Assembly (NCBI GenBank): GCA_963705255.1
Contig: OY970061.1
Span: forward strand, 1,216,001-1,280,000
Origin: an uncultured Methanoregulaceae archaeon
GTDB lineage: Archaea > Halobacteriota > Methanomicrobia > Methanomicrobiales > Methanospirillaceae
Length of the DNA stretch: 64,000 nt
Direction of reading: 5' to 3'
Each line of letters opens with the position of its first letter. Within the stretch, counting starts at the first letter, position 1. Below the pieces are notes generated by a model, which was given only the letters and a program-made list of their open reading frames with translations, was not told the origin of the DNA and ran no database searches. Positions 1 through 9,528 of this stretch are shown piece after piece. Position numbers and translations under genes: made by a program.

Positions 1-55
1 CTTCCGGCAGGGCTGCTGGATTACCTTATTGGGGGATCAGTTCCTACCGGATGTG

Positions 56-709
56 ATGAAACTCACCTGGTTCGCTGTCATCGCCGCCATCATTTTCACG
101 CTCGGGGTTACGATCGCCCTGTATCCCGCGGTCCCGGATCCGATGACCTCCCACTGGGACATTGCCGGGCAGGTCAACGGCCATGCAGCAAAGTCGTGGG
201 GTCTTGCCATCATCCCCCTCGTCATGGCTGCCTTTGCCGGGCTCTTCGCGCTGCTCCCCCGCATCGACCCGCTCCGGAAGAACTACGAGAAATTCCAGCG
301 GTATTACGACGGTTTTGTCCTCCTGTTCGTGCTGTACCTGCTGGTGGTCCAGCTCCAGATCATCCTCTGGAATACCGGATACCCGGTCAGCCCGAACCTG
401 ACTCTCCCTGTCATGACCGGGATACTCGTCATTTACATCGGTTTTCTCATCGGGCACGCGGAACCGAACTGGTTCGTCGGCATCCGCACGCCGTGGACGC
501 TCAGCAGCGAAACGGTCTGGAAGAAGACACACGAGACCGGCGGAAAACTCTTCAAGATTGCCGGCATCGTCTGCCTTGCGGGAGTGCTGGCCGGGCGCTA
601 CGCACTCTGGTTCATCCTCGTCCCGGTCCTTGCGGTCGCCGCATATACCGTTGTGTATTCCTATGTCCTGTACCAGGACGAGATGAAGAAGTCCGGAAGA
701 CCGGACTGA
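56..709 (+). CDS. SdpI/DUF1648-family membrane (immunity-type) protein
   Basis: Multi-TM ORF with PDPMTSHWDIAGQVNG (DUF1648-like) and PNWFVGIRTPWTLSSETVWKKTH (SdpI motif); ATG at 56 preferred over TTG at 29. Confidence 0.85.
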   Translation: MKLTWFAVIAAIIFTLGVTIALYPAVPDPMTSHWDIAGQVNGHAAKSWGLAIIPLVMAAFAGLFALLPRIDPLRKNYEKFQRYYDGFVLLFVLYLLVVQLQIILWNTGYPVSPNLTLPVMTGILVIYIGFLIGHAEPNWFVGIRTPWTLSSETVWKKTHETGGKLFKIAGIVCLAGVLAGRYALWFILVPVLAVAAYTVVYSYVLYQDEMKKSGRPD

Positions 710-817
710 GAATTTTTTTATCGAAAAAGAAAAAAGGTGCCTTTGTGCGCGTCTACAGACGGTGATAGCAAAAATACAACAAGAATGCTATTTTATGTTG
801 TGTTTCTCTAAAAAAAA

Positions 818-1480
818 TTATGCGGTCCCGGCAGCGTCGTAGAGCAGGCTGAGGTAGCGTGCCTCGAAGAGCGTCACCGGCGCAAGGAAGACCAGCTCGA
901 TCAGGAGGTCGACCGGCATGATGACCGATGTGATGGATGAAAAGATGAGACCGATGATCACCTGGATGATGCCCATGATGATGAACGCGACGACATACGC
1001 GCCCCACCCGATCTTCCCGATCGTCTCCTGGATTGCGGCGAAGTTGAACCCCTCCCCCATGCTTCCCGTGCGGGCGAACCGGATCAGGCCGATGGTCCCG
1101 TAGAGGGAGCAGATGAACGCCACGACAACGAAGATCAGGAGACCGAAGAGAACACCGCCGAGGATGTTCATCGATGCAGCGGGGTTGCTGAATGCCGCGG
1201 CAATGACACCCGAACCGATCGTGACGAACAGGATGATGAGGGCCGGGATGGCGTAGATGAGGGAGATGACCAGGTACTTAATCCCGTCGATGAAGAGCGT
1301 CCCCCAGCCGCTGACCCCCGGTGCCGGTCTCTCGCCGCGGAGGATTTTTACGGTATATCCCAGAAGCGGGAGGCAGAGGAGGATCGTTGCGACGATGAGC
1401 AACAGCCACTGCTTCCATTTTCCGATCACTGCGTCCTTCGCGTAGGCAAAAGACTCGCCAAGCATAGTTCCATAATCCAT
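818..1480 (-). CDS. DUF4013-family membrane protein
   Basis: LLGYTVKILRG...W..LFIDGIK and ARFARTGSMGEGFNF-type motifs; hydrophobic throughout. Confidence 0.8.
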   Translation of the reverse strand: MDYGTMLGESFAYAKDAVIGKWKQWLLLIVATILLCLPLLGYTVKILRGERPAPGVSGWGTLFIDGIKYLVISLIYAIPALIILFVTIGSGVIAAAFSNPAASMNILGGVLFGLLIFVVVAFICSLYGTIGLIRFARTGSMGEGFNFAAIQETIGKIGWGAYVVAFIIMGIIQVIIGLIFSSITSVIMPVDLLIELVFLAPVTLFEARYLSLLYDAAGTA

Positions 1481-1761
1481 TCAAATCACCTGAATCTGTC
1501 CTTTTCACGTTGCGGTGGAGTAATATAAAAACCAGCACGATATGATCTTCACCCGCATTTACCGGCCGGGCTGACAGGCACGCTGTTTCCAGGCTGAAAA
1601 CGAGTGATTTTCTTCCCCGGATCGCTCCCGGCACCGGCAGGGGGTGCCGGGAGATCAGGACGGGAATACACGGAACAGGAATTTATTAAACAGGTGCAGG
1701 ACTGTACAATACGAATAAATCCCGGTAGACAGCAATCCATTTTTATGTGGAGAGTGCAACC

Positions 1762-1896
1762 ATGCCAGAACCCAGGACGCCTACGTGTAACCATAACCAT
1801 GACGAGACGCCGATGCGGCGGGTATGGGCAGACGGGCGTGGCGACGCCGTCTACCAGTGCCCGGTATGCGGCAGGAATATGCAGGTGCGGGAGTAA
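1762..1896 (+). CDS. 44-aa putative zinc-finger microprotein (CPxCG type)
   Basis: Hand translation MPEPRTPTCNHNHDETPMRRVWADGRGDAVYQCPVCGRNMQVRE*; below the ORF-track cutoff; purine-rich GGAGAG upstream. Confidence 0.55.
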   Translation: MPEPRTPTCNHNHDETPMRRVWADGRGDAVYQCPVCGRNMQVRE

Positions 1897-2687
1897 CTGC
1901 CGGGGTACCGGGCGTTTTGTTGAGGATCAGCCCCCAGTTTTCCTGTATACCATATTGAGATCGGGCTTAAAAAACAGTCATGACGCCCGTGCCCGTGACG
2001 GGTGTGCCATCCATGGCCGGGGTGCCGGTAACAGACCTTTTGTTTTCTTATTGGATCCTATTTTCCGGCGAGAACGAAGGAAAGATGATGATCTCCTCTC
2101 AGGGGCCGGCTATTCCCTCCGGAGAAGATGTGAAGAGGTTACGGGATCCTGGGAGCTGCACACAGGTTGCCGCAGGTGTTGATGCTGTACAATGCGAGGA
2201 TAGCTTTATCGTCGAGGCCTTTTTCCCCAATACCGATCCTGCTCAACTTGTCACGGATTATTCGTACCTTTTTTTCAGGAGATTGCATAACGACGATGCT
2301 TACTTGGCTGGCGACACGATAAAGAGATGTGTTAAAATCACGGGATTTCCGGCCCTGTTGCCCGGAATGAGCGGACATAGCGGAGCGATCCCGATCTTCC
2401 GGTTGAATTTTCCCGCCGGCGGGGTTTGTTGCCTTCCTGCGCCCTGAACATTTTCCTTCCGGCCGGGGGAACGGTGGACATGGTACCACCGGATACGCTG
2501 AAACCGGTCATATGCAGGTTCGATACACGGGATCATAACCGGTTAGTTCGCCGGTGGATCAGAACAGGTCGTACCTGGTACAATACTCTCATGGTTAAAG
2601 GGGGTGAGTACAGTTTCGTATCTTACCACAAGCCCATGGTGAACAATGAAAAATTTTGTACGATGAAATCCTCGCGGCTCATTCCGG

Positions 2688-2948
2688 TTATGGGGACGCA
2701 GGGGGATTTACGGTCTTCCGGGCAGGGCGGAGCTCCCGGATTATCAGGTAGAGCACGTCGACAAGATACCCGAACATGGGCAGGATCGCGAGGATGACCC
2801 AGACCGGTACAAGCATCTTCTGTTCTTTTGCATCCCGGTAGATGAAGAAAGCGATGACCAGTTGTACTATCCAGACGGCGATCATCAGGACCGGCCCTGC
2901 GAACGGGAGGGCATGATACATGTGTGCATGGTACATAACGAGTGACAT
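2688..2948 (-). CDS. small two-TM hypothetical membrane protein
   Basis: Two hydrophobic helices separated by YRDAKEQKM; AT-rich TATA-like sequence upstream. Confidence 0.6.
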   Translation of the reverse strand: MSLVMYHAHMYHALPFAGPVLMIAVWIVQLVIAFFIYRDAKEQKMLVPVWVILAILPMFGYLVDVLYLIIRELRPARKTVNPPASP

Positions 2949-3599
2949 TGTACGTTATACGTTACATCACGTTATATGCTTTCACGTGCTGACAACGGAC
3001 CCGATCATCTTTTAAGGTAAAATGATCTGAATTACCGGTTTCCTGACGATAATTTCCCGGTGAGATCGTCTCATAATACAGCACGTCCAAAGGAAAGATC
3101 TCCGTTTTTGAAAATAGCACGGCCCGGCGTCCGATGATTTTTTCCAACCAACGGTGTGGTTTTATGTGATCCATGGATGAATGGTGAGTATGCCGGAGTC
3201 CTGCGATACCTCCCCCGTCAGCTCGATACCATTGATGAGATCGTGAGTACGGGTCCCGACCGTACCGGGACGCTTACCATTCTCGGAATGATCGGACTCC
3301 TCACGGTCAATGAACAGTTTCTCACCCGGATGAGATTGTACAGTGACTACCTCCCAAAACCCGGGAGGTCACGTTCTCCGATGAACAACGGCTCCTTCAT
3401 CTCCTCTGGGATGAAGGATGTTCCCCCCGATGCGGTCGTTGCAGGAATACCAGCAACGAGCATCCACCCGCGGAAAAATGAGGGGCTGTTCAGGGAACAG
3501 CTCAACCATATCTGACTCCCCGATGGCGCATTCCAGGACGAGTAGGAGGGGGCCCCGCCCCTTCTCATTCGAGAGCATCCCCGTGAAGCCGTAGACGCA

Positions 3600-4382
3600 T
3601 CACTCCTTTTTCGTTTTCGAGATATGCGTGAAGATCGTCGCTCCTGCCCCGATGCTTGCAGTAACAATCCCGATAATCGCCGCAACAACCGAAGGGTTCT
3701 CAAGTACACCTCCCGAAGATGTCTGGGTGGGCTGCACTGTCTCAGCCGGCACGGTCTGGGTTACCGGGGCGGGAGTTGCAGGAATCGCCGAAGGCTGGAT
3801 GGAAGAACCACTCAAGGGGGGAAGTGTGCCGAATACATTGGTGACCTGGCCGGGCAGGGCAGAAAACGTTCCTTCATAATCATAGTACCCGCTCAGTGTC
3901 AGTCTGATTATATGGTTTCCTGCGGGAATACCGGTAATGTTTCCCGGGGTAGCACCATAATATACCCCATCAATGAGGATGCTCGCACCCAAAGGTGATG
4001 ATGCGACCGTGATGTTTCCGACAGATGCCTGCGTGATCGGAGATGCGGTGGGAACCGGGGTCACCGGTGTCGTTGCAGGCACCAGTTCAGTCGTTGGAGC
4101 GGGCAGTAACGTTGTCGTTACCGGAATCGTCTGCGTGATATTTACCTCAGTTGTTGCGGTCATGTTCAGAATTCCCTGAGTTGTTGCAGTGATGGCCGGA
4201 GTTGACTGATTTGTTGCGGTCGTATTGGGAGTTCCCTGAGTGGCCGGGGATGATTCTGCACTTGTCCCGCTAGTTATCGGAACGACAGTAGAATTCGTTG
4301 TACTCTGGCCAATGACAGGAACGGGTAATAAAATAAGCGCAACCATGGCAAGAAAGATGAGCTGCGTACAGGTCTTTTTCAT
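3600..4382 (-). CDS. PEGA-domain surface protein with Thr-rich linkers
   Basis: Signal peptide, Thr/Pro-rich stalk, GNITVASSPLGASILIDGVYYGATP...LSGYYDY (PEGA), C-terminal TM plus basic tail. Confidence 0.85.
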   Translation of the reverse strand: MKKTCTQLIFLAMVALILLPVPVIGQSTTNSTVVPITSGTSAESSPATQGTPNTTATNQSTPAITATTQGILNMTATTEVNITQTIPVTTTLLPAPTTELVPATTPVTPVPTASPITQASVGNITVASSPLGASILIDGVYYGATPGNITGIPAGNHIIRLTLSGYYDYEGTFSALPGQVTNVFGTLPPLSGSSIQPSAIPATPAPVTQTVPAETVQPTQTSSGGVLENPSVVAAIIGIVTASIGAGATIFTHISKTKKE

Positions 4383-4549
4383 TCTGCGATCTCCGTTGTT
4401 ACTTTTTTGTTCGGTGATCCTCTACTCAAGACGGGTTGTCCGATCGGGAGTGCCTCATCGTGATCTGACTATTCTGAACCCGAAATTTCGCGGGATTCTT
4501 TTCCGGGAGAGTCATACCCTATCCCGCAAGAGTGGCGATGGCTGAGAGA

Positions 4550-4825
4550 TCATGATTCGGGCAATTGATGCGTGTTCCAGTCAGTTCGCGATTTTCTGTT
4601 GATTGCATCATAAACCGAGATCCTGACATTATCCGGTAGATCAATTCCCTCCAGTAACAGGGGGAGGATCGCCTTGGCTGTCCGTTTTCCTTCAGGAGTA
4701 GCGAGATACTCTCTGACCGATCCCTGTCCCTCAGCTGATGTGAGATATCTGGAGATCATCTCCTTTCCCTGAGGGGATGCAAGGTATGTTGCCACAAGTC
4801 CATTCATGATACTATCGTTGGCCAA
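4550..4825 (-). CDS. hypothetical protein with repeated YLxS/TxEG units
   Basis: 91-aa ORF with YLASPQGK / YLTSAEGQ / YLATPEGK repeats; GGAGG RBS upstream on the minus strand. Confidence 0.65.
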   Translation of the reverse strand: MANDSIMNGLVATYLASPQGKEMISRYLTSAEGQGSVREYLATPEGKRTAKAILPLLLEGIDLPDNVRISVYDAINRKSRTDWNTHQLPES

Positions 4826-5075
4826 TGCCGTTCCTCCAATTCAATAATTTCCCGGTCAGCCTGACTCTCCTTTCAAATTTCATTCATAAGAGAGAACAAA
4901 ATGTGTTCTGAGGATAATGCAAAAATCCTGATCCGGTGTGTTTTGAGATTTTTCATGGGAAGAGGGGATGATTATGGTGAGAGGGTATATTGGCCCTTTT
5001 TTTATCACCCCCGTGATAATCATTTTATGGGTTTCATCCTGTTAACGACCGAGAGATACTGAGGGGTTACTTCAC

Positions 5076-5747
5076 CTATTTTGTTATCACCTCCATCACT
5101 TTGTCTATGATCTGTTCGCTCCGGTTCTTCATGCCGAACCAGACGATAATAGCGATCGAGATCCCGAGGCCAATGCCAATACCCCAGGCAATTGGCGTAA
5201 CGAATGTATAGATGATGGTGAGATCCAGCATCAGCTGGGAAAGTGCCAGTATGACAACGACAAAGTACAGGAACAGGCGGAGAAGAACCAGTACCGGGCT
5301 GAACAGCACTATCTTCGAATTCCGGGAGTAGATCAGGAACCTGTCGATAAAGTAATCTGTCAGGATCACACCGACCACGAGAATGATGATGAAGGCGAGA
5401 ACGTGGGGAATATACTCGATGACCTTCATCATAAACTGGCTGAGATAGTCAAGGTTAAGGATATTGACTGCGGCAAGAACGGCTATCAGGTAGACGATGC
5501 ACCGAACAGCAATATCTCCAAGATACCCTATGGTGATTCCGGATCTCGTGATTGATTTACCGAAATCTGAATCTCCGATAACCGGGGCAGCAGTCACTTT
5601 GTCCAGAAGGATACGTATTCCTTTCCCAAGGAGGCGCCCGGCAATCCATCCTATAAGAAGAACGATCAGTGCACCAACAATGGCAGGAAGTACCGCTATT
5701 GTAGTGTCCAGACCACGGGAAATTATGTCGATTGATTCAGTTACCAT
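5076..5747 (-). CDS. TM-helix repeat protein (CmpX/MscS-associated type)
   Basis: Two repeats of the type LPAIVGALIVLLIGW / YIPHVLAFIIILVVG. Confidence 0.8.
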   Translation of the reverse strand: MVTESIDIISRGLDTTIAVLPAIVGALIVLLIGWIAGRLLGKGIRILLDKVTAAPVIGDSDFGKSITRSGITIGYLGDIAVRCIVYLIAVLAAVNILNLDYLSQFMMKVIEYIPHVLAFIIILVVGVILTDYFIDRFLIYSRNSKIVLFSPVLVLLRLFLYFVVVILALSQLMLDLTIIYTFVTPIAWGIGIGLGISIAIIVWFGMKNRSEQIIDKVMEVITK

Positions 5748-5941
5748 AGTGTAAATCTCCAGTTTTTCATTCTGTGTTTCTCCAATAGGGTTGCCACAAA
5801 TTCGTACCCTATGCAATAGAGAAGGATTTTATACTATTTAAAGTGTATCTTTATTGATTATACGCTTTGGTTATTCATAACAATTATAATCTCCATGTTT
5901 CATACTAATCATCAACCCAGTATTCACGGTCTGACACCACT

Positions 5942-7327
5942 ATGATGCAGGATTACCAGAAGGAACTCATAGCCATAAAGGATCTTCTTAAGAAAAATCC
6001 CAACGGGATGAGCGTAACCGAGATCTCAAAAGCCTTGAAGAAGAACAAGAACACCATCGGGAGATACCTCGATATCCTGCTCATTTCCGGACAGGTGGAC
6101 ATGCGGGCCTATGGTATGGCAAAGGTCTACACGATCTCCCAAAGGGTTCCCCTTTCGGCTATCCTCAGTTACTCAAAAGAACTCATCATGGTGCTGGACA
6201 ACGAGTCCTGGATCATCGATATCAACGACAATTTTTTAAATCTCCTGCAGCTCTCGCGTGAAGATACTCTTGGAAAAAATATTTCGCACCTGCAGTCACC
6301 CGAAGTGGATGTCCATGAACTTCTCGATACTATTGCAGGGGATATGGGAGACCAGGAGACCACCATTACCTTCCAGGTCAAAAATAAGGGAGAGAGGATC
6401 TTCCACCAGAAATGCGTCCCAACGGTTTTTGAAGATGGGAGAAAAGGCATCACGCTCATCCTTGAAGATGTTACGGAACATATTCTTGCCGAGAGAGAGA
6501 TACGGGAAAGCGAAGAGCGGTTCCGGATGATGGCTGATAACATCCAGGACGGCCTTATCATCATGGAAAAGGGTAAAACGATCTATGCCAATAACCGTAT
6601 CGCCGAGATCACCGGGTATTCCAATGAAGAGATGTGGGCCATGGATCCTCTCGCGATCATCGCACCGGAGTCCCGTGAAAAGGTAGTACAACAGATCCAG
6701 GATTTTGAGGACTACCCTGACAGACCCGGCGATATCCGGATGTGGATCATAAGGAAAGATAACGAGCGGCGTTTTGTCTATGCCCGCATCAGTGGTGCAC
6801 GCCACCACGATACATACTATAATTTTATCATCCTGACGGATATGACGGAGCTCAAGACCCAGGGGTCCAGGATACGTGAAAGCGAACAGCGGTTCAGGAT
6901 GATGGCAGATAATATCCAGGACGGGCTCATCATTGTTGAAAATGATAAAATTGTGTTCTCCAACCGTCGTATCAAGGAGATCATCGGCTATTCCGCTGAT
7001 GAGATGGCAGAGAGGGGTCTTCACGGAACCCTGTTGACGGAGAATAAAAAAGCAATATCTGATCTGGGAATTGTCCCGGTTACGGATTTAAACAGGATTG
7101 AAGAGATCTTCAGCAGCGTCCAGCCGGACTCCCCCACCCCGGGTGAATTCAAGATCCGGATACAGCGGAAAGATGGCATGCATCGCTATGTCCAGGGGAA
7201 GATTACTGCTGCAAAGAACGGGAATATCATCAGTTACTACATGATTATATCCGATATCACGGACTTTGCCGAACGGGAGAAGAACCTGCGCGAGCGTATT
7301 GACGCTCTCCAGGACCTGCTCCACTGA
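5942..7327 (+). CDS. N-terminal HTH plus three PAS domains, sensory regulator
   Basis: GMSVTEISKALKKNKNTIGRYLDIL (HTH); repeated ESEERFRMMADNIQDG PAS S-box starts; no kinase domain. Confidence 0.85.
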   Translation: MMQDYQKELIAIKDLLKKNPNGMSVTEISKALKKNKNTIGRYLDILLISGQVDMRAYGMAKVYTISQRVPLSAILSYSKELIMVLDNESWIIDINDNFLNLLQLSREDTLGKNISHLQSPEVDVHELLDTIAGDMGDQETTITFQVKNKGERIFHQKCVPTVFEDGRKGITLILEDVTEHILAEREIRESEERFRMMADNIQDGLIIMEKGKTIYANNRIAEITGYSNEEMWAMDPLAIIAPESREKVVQQIQDFEDYPDRPGDIRMWIIRKDNERRFVYARISGARHHDTYYNFIILTDMTELKTQGSRIRESEQRFRMMADNIQDGLIIVENDKIVFSNRRIKEIIGYSADEMAERGLHGTLLTENKKAISDLGIVPVTDLNRIEEIFSSVQPDSPTPGEFKIRIQRKDGMHRYVQGKITAAKNGNIISYYMIISDITDFAEREKNLRERIDALQDLLH

Positions 7328-7349
7328 ATTTTCCCGTCTTCTGGAACTA

Positions 7350-7620
7350 CATCCCATTTTTTTTCGCTGCCATTCCCCGTTCCCCCGGATCCCGAGCTCG
7401 GCAGTCACGTGCTCCGTCACGTCACCGAGAATGATCGTAATGCCTTTGCCATCCCGTACGCCCGCATCCCTGCCCGCCCTGTAATGAGCGGGATACCAGA
7501 ATACCGATCGTGTTCTTGTTCCTGCCAAAATTTTCGGTGATCCCGGTGACATTCATTCCACTGAATTTTTCTGACCGCCTCCTTGAGGAGTGCGAGTTCG
7601 TTCCGGTAGTCCTGCATCAT
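7350..7620 (-). pseudogene. degenerate, internally deleted paralogue of the HTH-PAS gene
   Basis: MMQDYRNEL...MRAYGMAK and GKGITIILGDVTEH match residues ~1-62 and ~166-185 of 5942..7327, with frameshifts. Confidence 0.75.
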
Positions 7621-8062
7621 CCCGGTCTGCACCGGGATGGCGGGCACGAAGACCAAGAGAGGATGAGCTGTTTATAATCGTTATATATAAATGATATGTA
7701 TTGTTTATTAAAGAACTCTTTAAATATTAAAAATGATAACAGGTAAGGTAGTACGTAAGATAAGGACACGAGTTCATGAAAGATGGTGAAATATGAACGA
7801 TCTTTCAGCATCAGATGATCATGTACGACCCTGTTCCCTCCACTGTGTCGGATATCAGGCCCGGTACCATGATCGCAATTTTTGTCCGGTTCATTCCGAA
7901 GGGCAGGAAGATCATCCCGGGCCAGAGCAGAGACTGATGAAAAAGAAGACGTAATCCGAAAGGAAGCCGGAAAAATTTTCGGAACGATTATTTTTTTTGG
8001 TCAGGATACGCAATAAGTGAGAAGATGTGTTCTGTTAAGGAACGCTGAAACCTGCAGTTCAG

Positions 8063-9481
8063 ATGTTTGAACCATACCTGAGGACCAGCATGAGCGAAAT
8101 AATCGGAGAAAAAGCAGAGAAACTAAGGTCGGTGCCCACCTGCAAAGTACAGGGGGCCCGTGCAACGGGCAGCAGGAGGGGATATGCCTGCCTGTGCCTT
8201 GCAGCTGTGGCGGTGATCCTGCTGGCCGCGCCATCACTCGCAGACGATACCGGAAGCCGGTACATGGCCGGAAGCCCGGAACTTTCAGCGCATATCGCCG
8301 GGACCAACCAGTTTTCACCCGGGGATGATCTCAATGTACCGATCGCCATCGAAAACAGCGGGACCAACCAGTTCAAGATCGTCAAATCAACGATAATCGA
8401 TCCCGGGGATCTTTCCAGTACGGCCAAGCAGCTCACCGTAAGCCTCGGGGCCGCCGATGCCCCTCTCCTCGTCAAGTCGGACCCGCAGCTGGTGGGGGAT
8501 CTTGGCGCCAGTTCGAGCGTGACGGCGACGTTCCACATCACGATCAACCAGGATGCCCCTGCAGGCACCTACAACCTGCCGGTCTCGCTGAACTACACGT
8601 ACCTCTACGCCGCCAACCAGTACGGGACGGACACCCTCTCGTATACGTACAAGACGGTCAACCAGACTGTGACCGTCCCGATAGAGATCAAATCCGATGT
8701 CCAGATCACGGTGGTGTCGGTAGGCACGCAGGATCTCAACGTGGGAAATGAAGGCTATGTCACCCTGAGCCTCAGGAATACCGGGTACGAGGACGGCCGG
8801 AACGCGGTCGTGATGGTCCAGCAGCCCGCCCAGAGCCCGCTCTCGCCCACGGAGGGGAGCTTCTTTATCGGCAATTTCCCGGTCGGTGCGGTGGCAAACT
8901 GCACGTTCCGGCTCATGGTCTCGGACGACGCCCAGCAGAAGACCTACCCGCTCGACGTGCTGGTCAATTACAAGAATTCCGACGGCGTTTATGTCAATTC
9001 CGCGTCCGAGACCATCGGGGTACCGGTCGGCGGAAAGATCCAGTTCACCGTGACACCGGTAACGGCCACCATCTCGCCGGGGGCGAAGTCCGTGATCACG
9101 GTCACGTTCCAGAACACCGGCAGCGCGACGGCGTATAACGCCCAGGCACGGATCAGCGCGGTCGATCCCTTCACCAGCAACGATGATACTGCCTTCCTCG
9201 GTACCATGGCCCCGGGCGATACCCGGCAGGCATCCTACGAGGTCGCGCTGGATTCCGGTGCCACGGTCAAGGAATACGGCCTTGATTCCGAAGTCATGTA
9301 CCGTGATTCCCTCGACAACGAGATCACCTCCGATCCGCTCAAGGTCAATGTTCAGGTCGTAACGTCCAGGACCATCGTCGATGTGCTGGGCCTCCCCGGC
9401 CTGCTGGGGCTGATCGTAGTCATCGGTATTCTTGCGTCTCTCGGATACTTCGTCTATTCACGGCGGGTCAGGAACCAGTGA
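8063..9481 (+). CDS. COG1361 S-layer-family multi-Ig-domain membrane-anchored protein
   Basis: Signal-like helix, GSPELSA..AGTNQFSPG, repeated xNTG motifs, C-terminal TM plus RRVRNQ; true start may lie downstream. Confidence 0.8.
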   Translation: MFEPYLRTSMSEIIGEKAEKLRSVPTCKVQGARATGSRRGYACLCLAAVAVILLAAPSLADDTGSRYMAGSPELSAHIAGTNQFSPGDDLNVPIAIENSGTNQFKIVKSTIIDPGDLSSTAKQLTVSLGAADAPLLVKSDPQLVGDLGASSSVTATFHITINQDAPAGTYNLPVSLNYTYLYAANQYGTDTLSYTYKTVNQTVTVPIEIKSDVQITVVSVGTQDLNVGNEGYVTLSLRNTGYEDGRNAVVMVQQPAQSPLSPTEGSFFIGNFPVGAVANCTFRLMVSDDAQQKTYPLDVLVNYKNSDGVYVNSASETIGVPVGGKIQFTVTPVTATISPGAKSVITVTFQNTGSATAYNAQARISAVDPFTSNDDTAFLGTMAPGDTRQASYEVALDSGATVKEYGLDSEVMYRDSLDNEITSDPLKVNVQVVTSRTIVDVLGLPGLLGLIVVIGILASLGYFVYSRRVRNQ

Positions 9482-9528
9482 ACCCGCCGGTTTTCCCGGG
9501 CAACGCCTGGCTGCGATAAAGGATTACC

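Noticed and set aside
1980-2447. 155-aa ORF with a faint Hsp20-like segment (VDAVQCEDSFIVEAFFP)
   Set aside because: The similarity is too short and the rest is unrecognisable; at most a remnant
3156-3515. ORF containing KDVPPDAVVAGIPA (acyltransferase C-terminal-like motif)
   Set aside because: No hexapeptide repeats upstream; possibly a decayed fragment, not supportable as a gene
7934-7961. CTGATGA...GAAA hammerhead-like core
   Set aside because: The intervening sequence cannot form stem II
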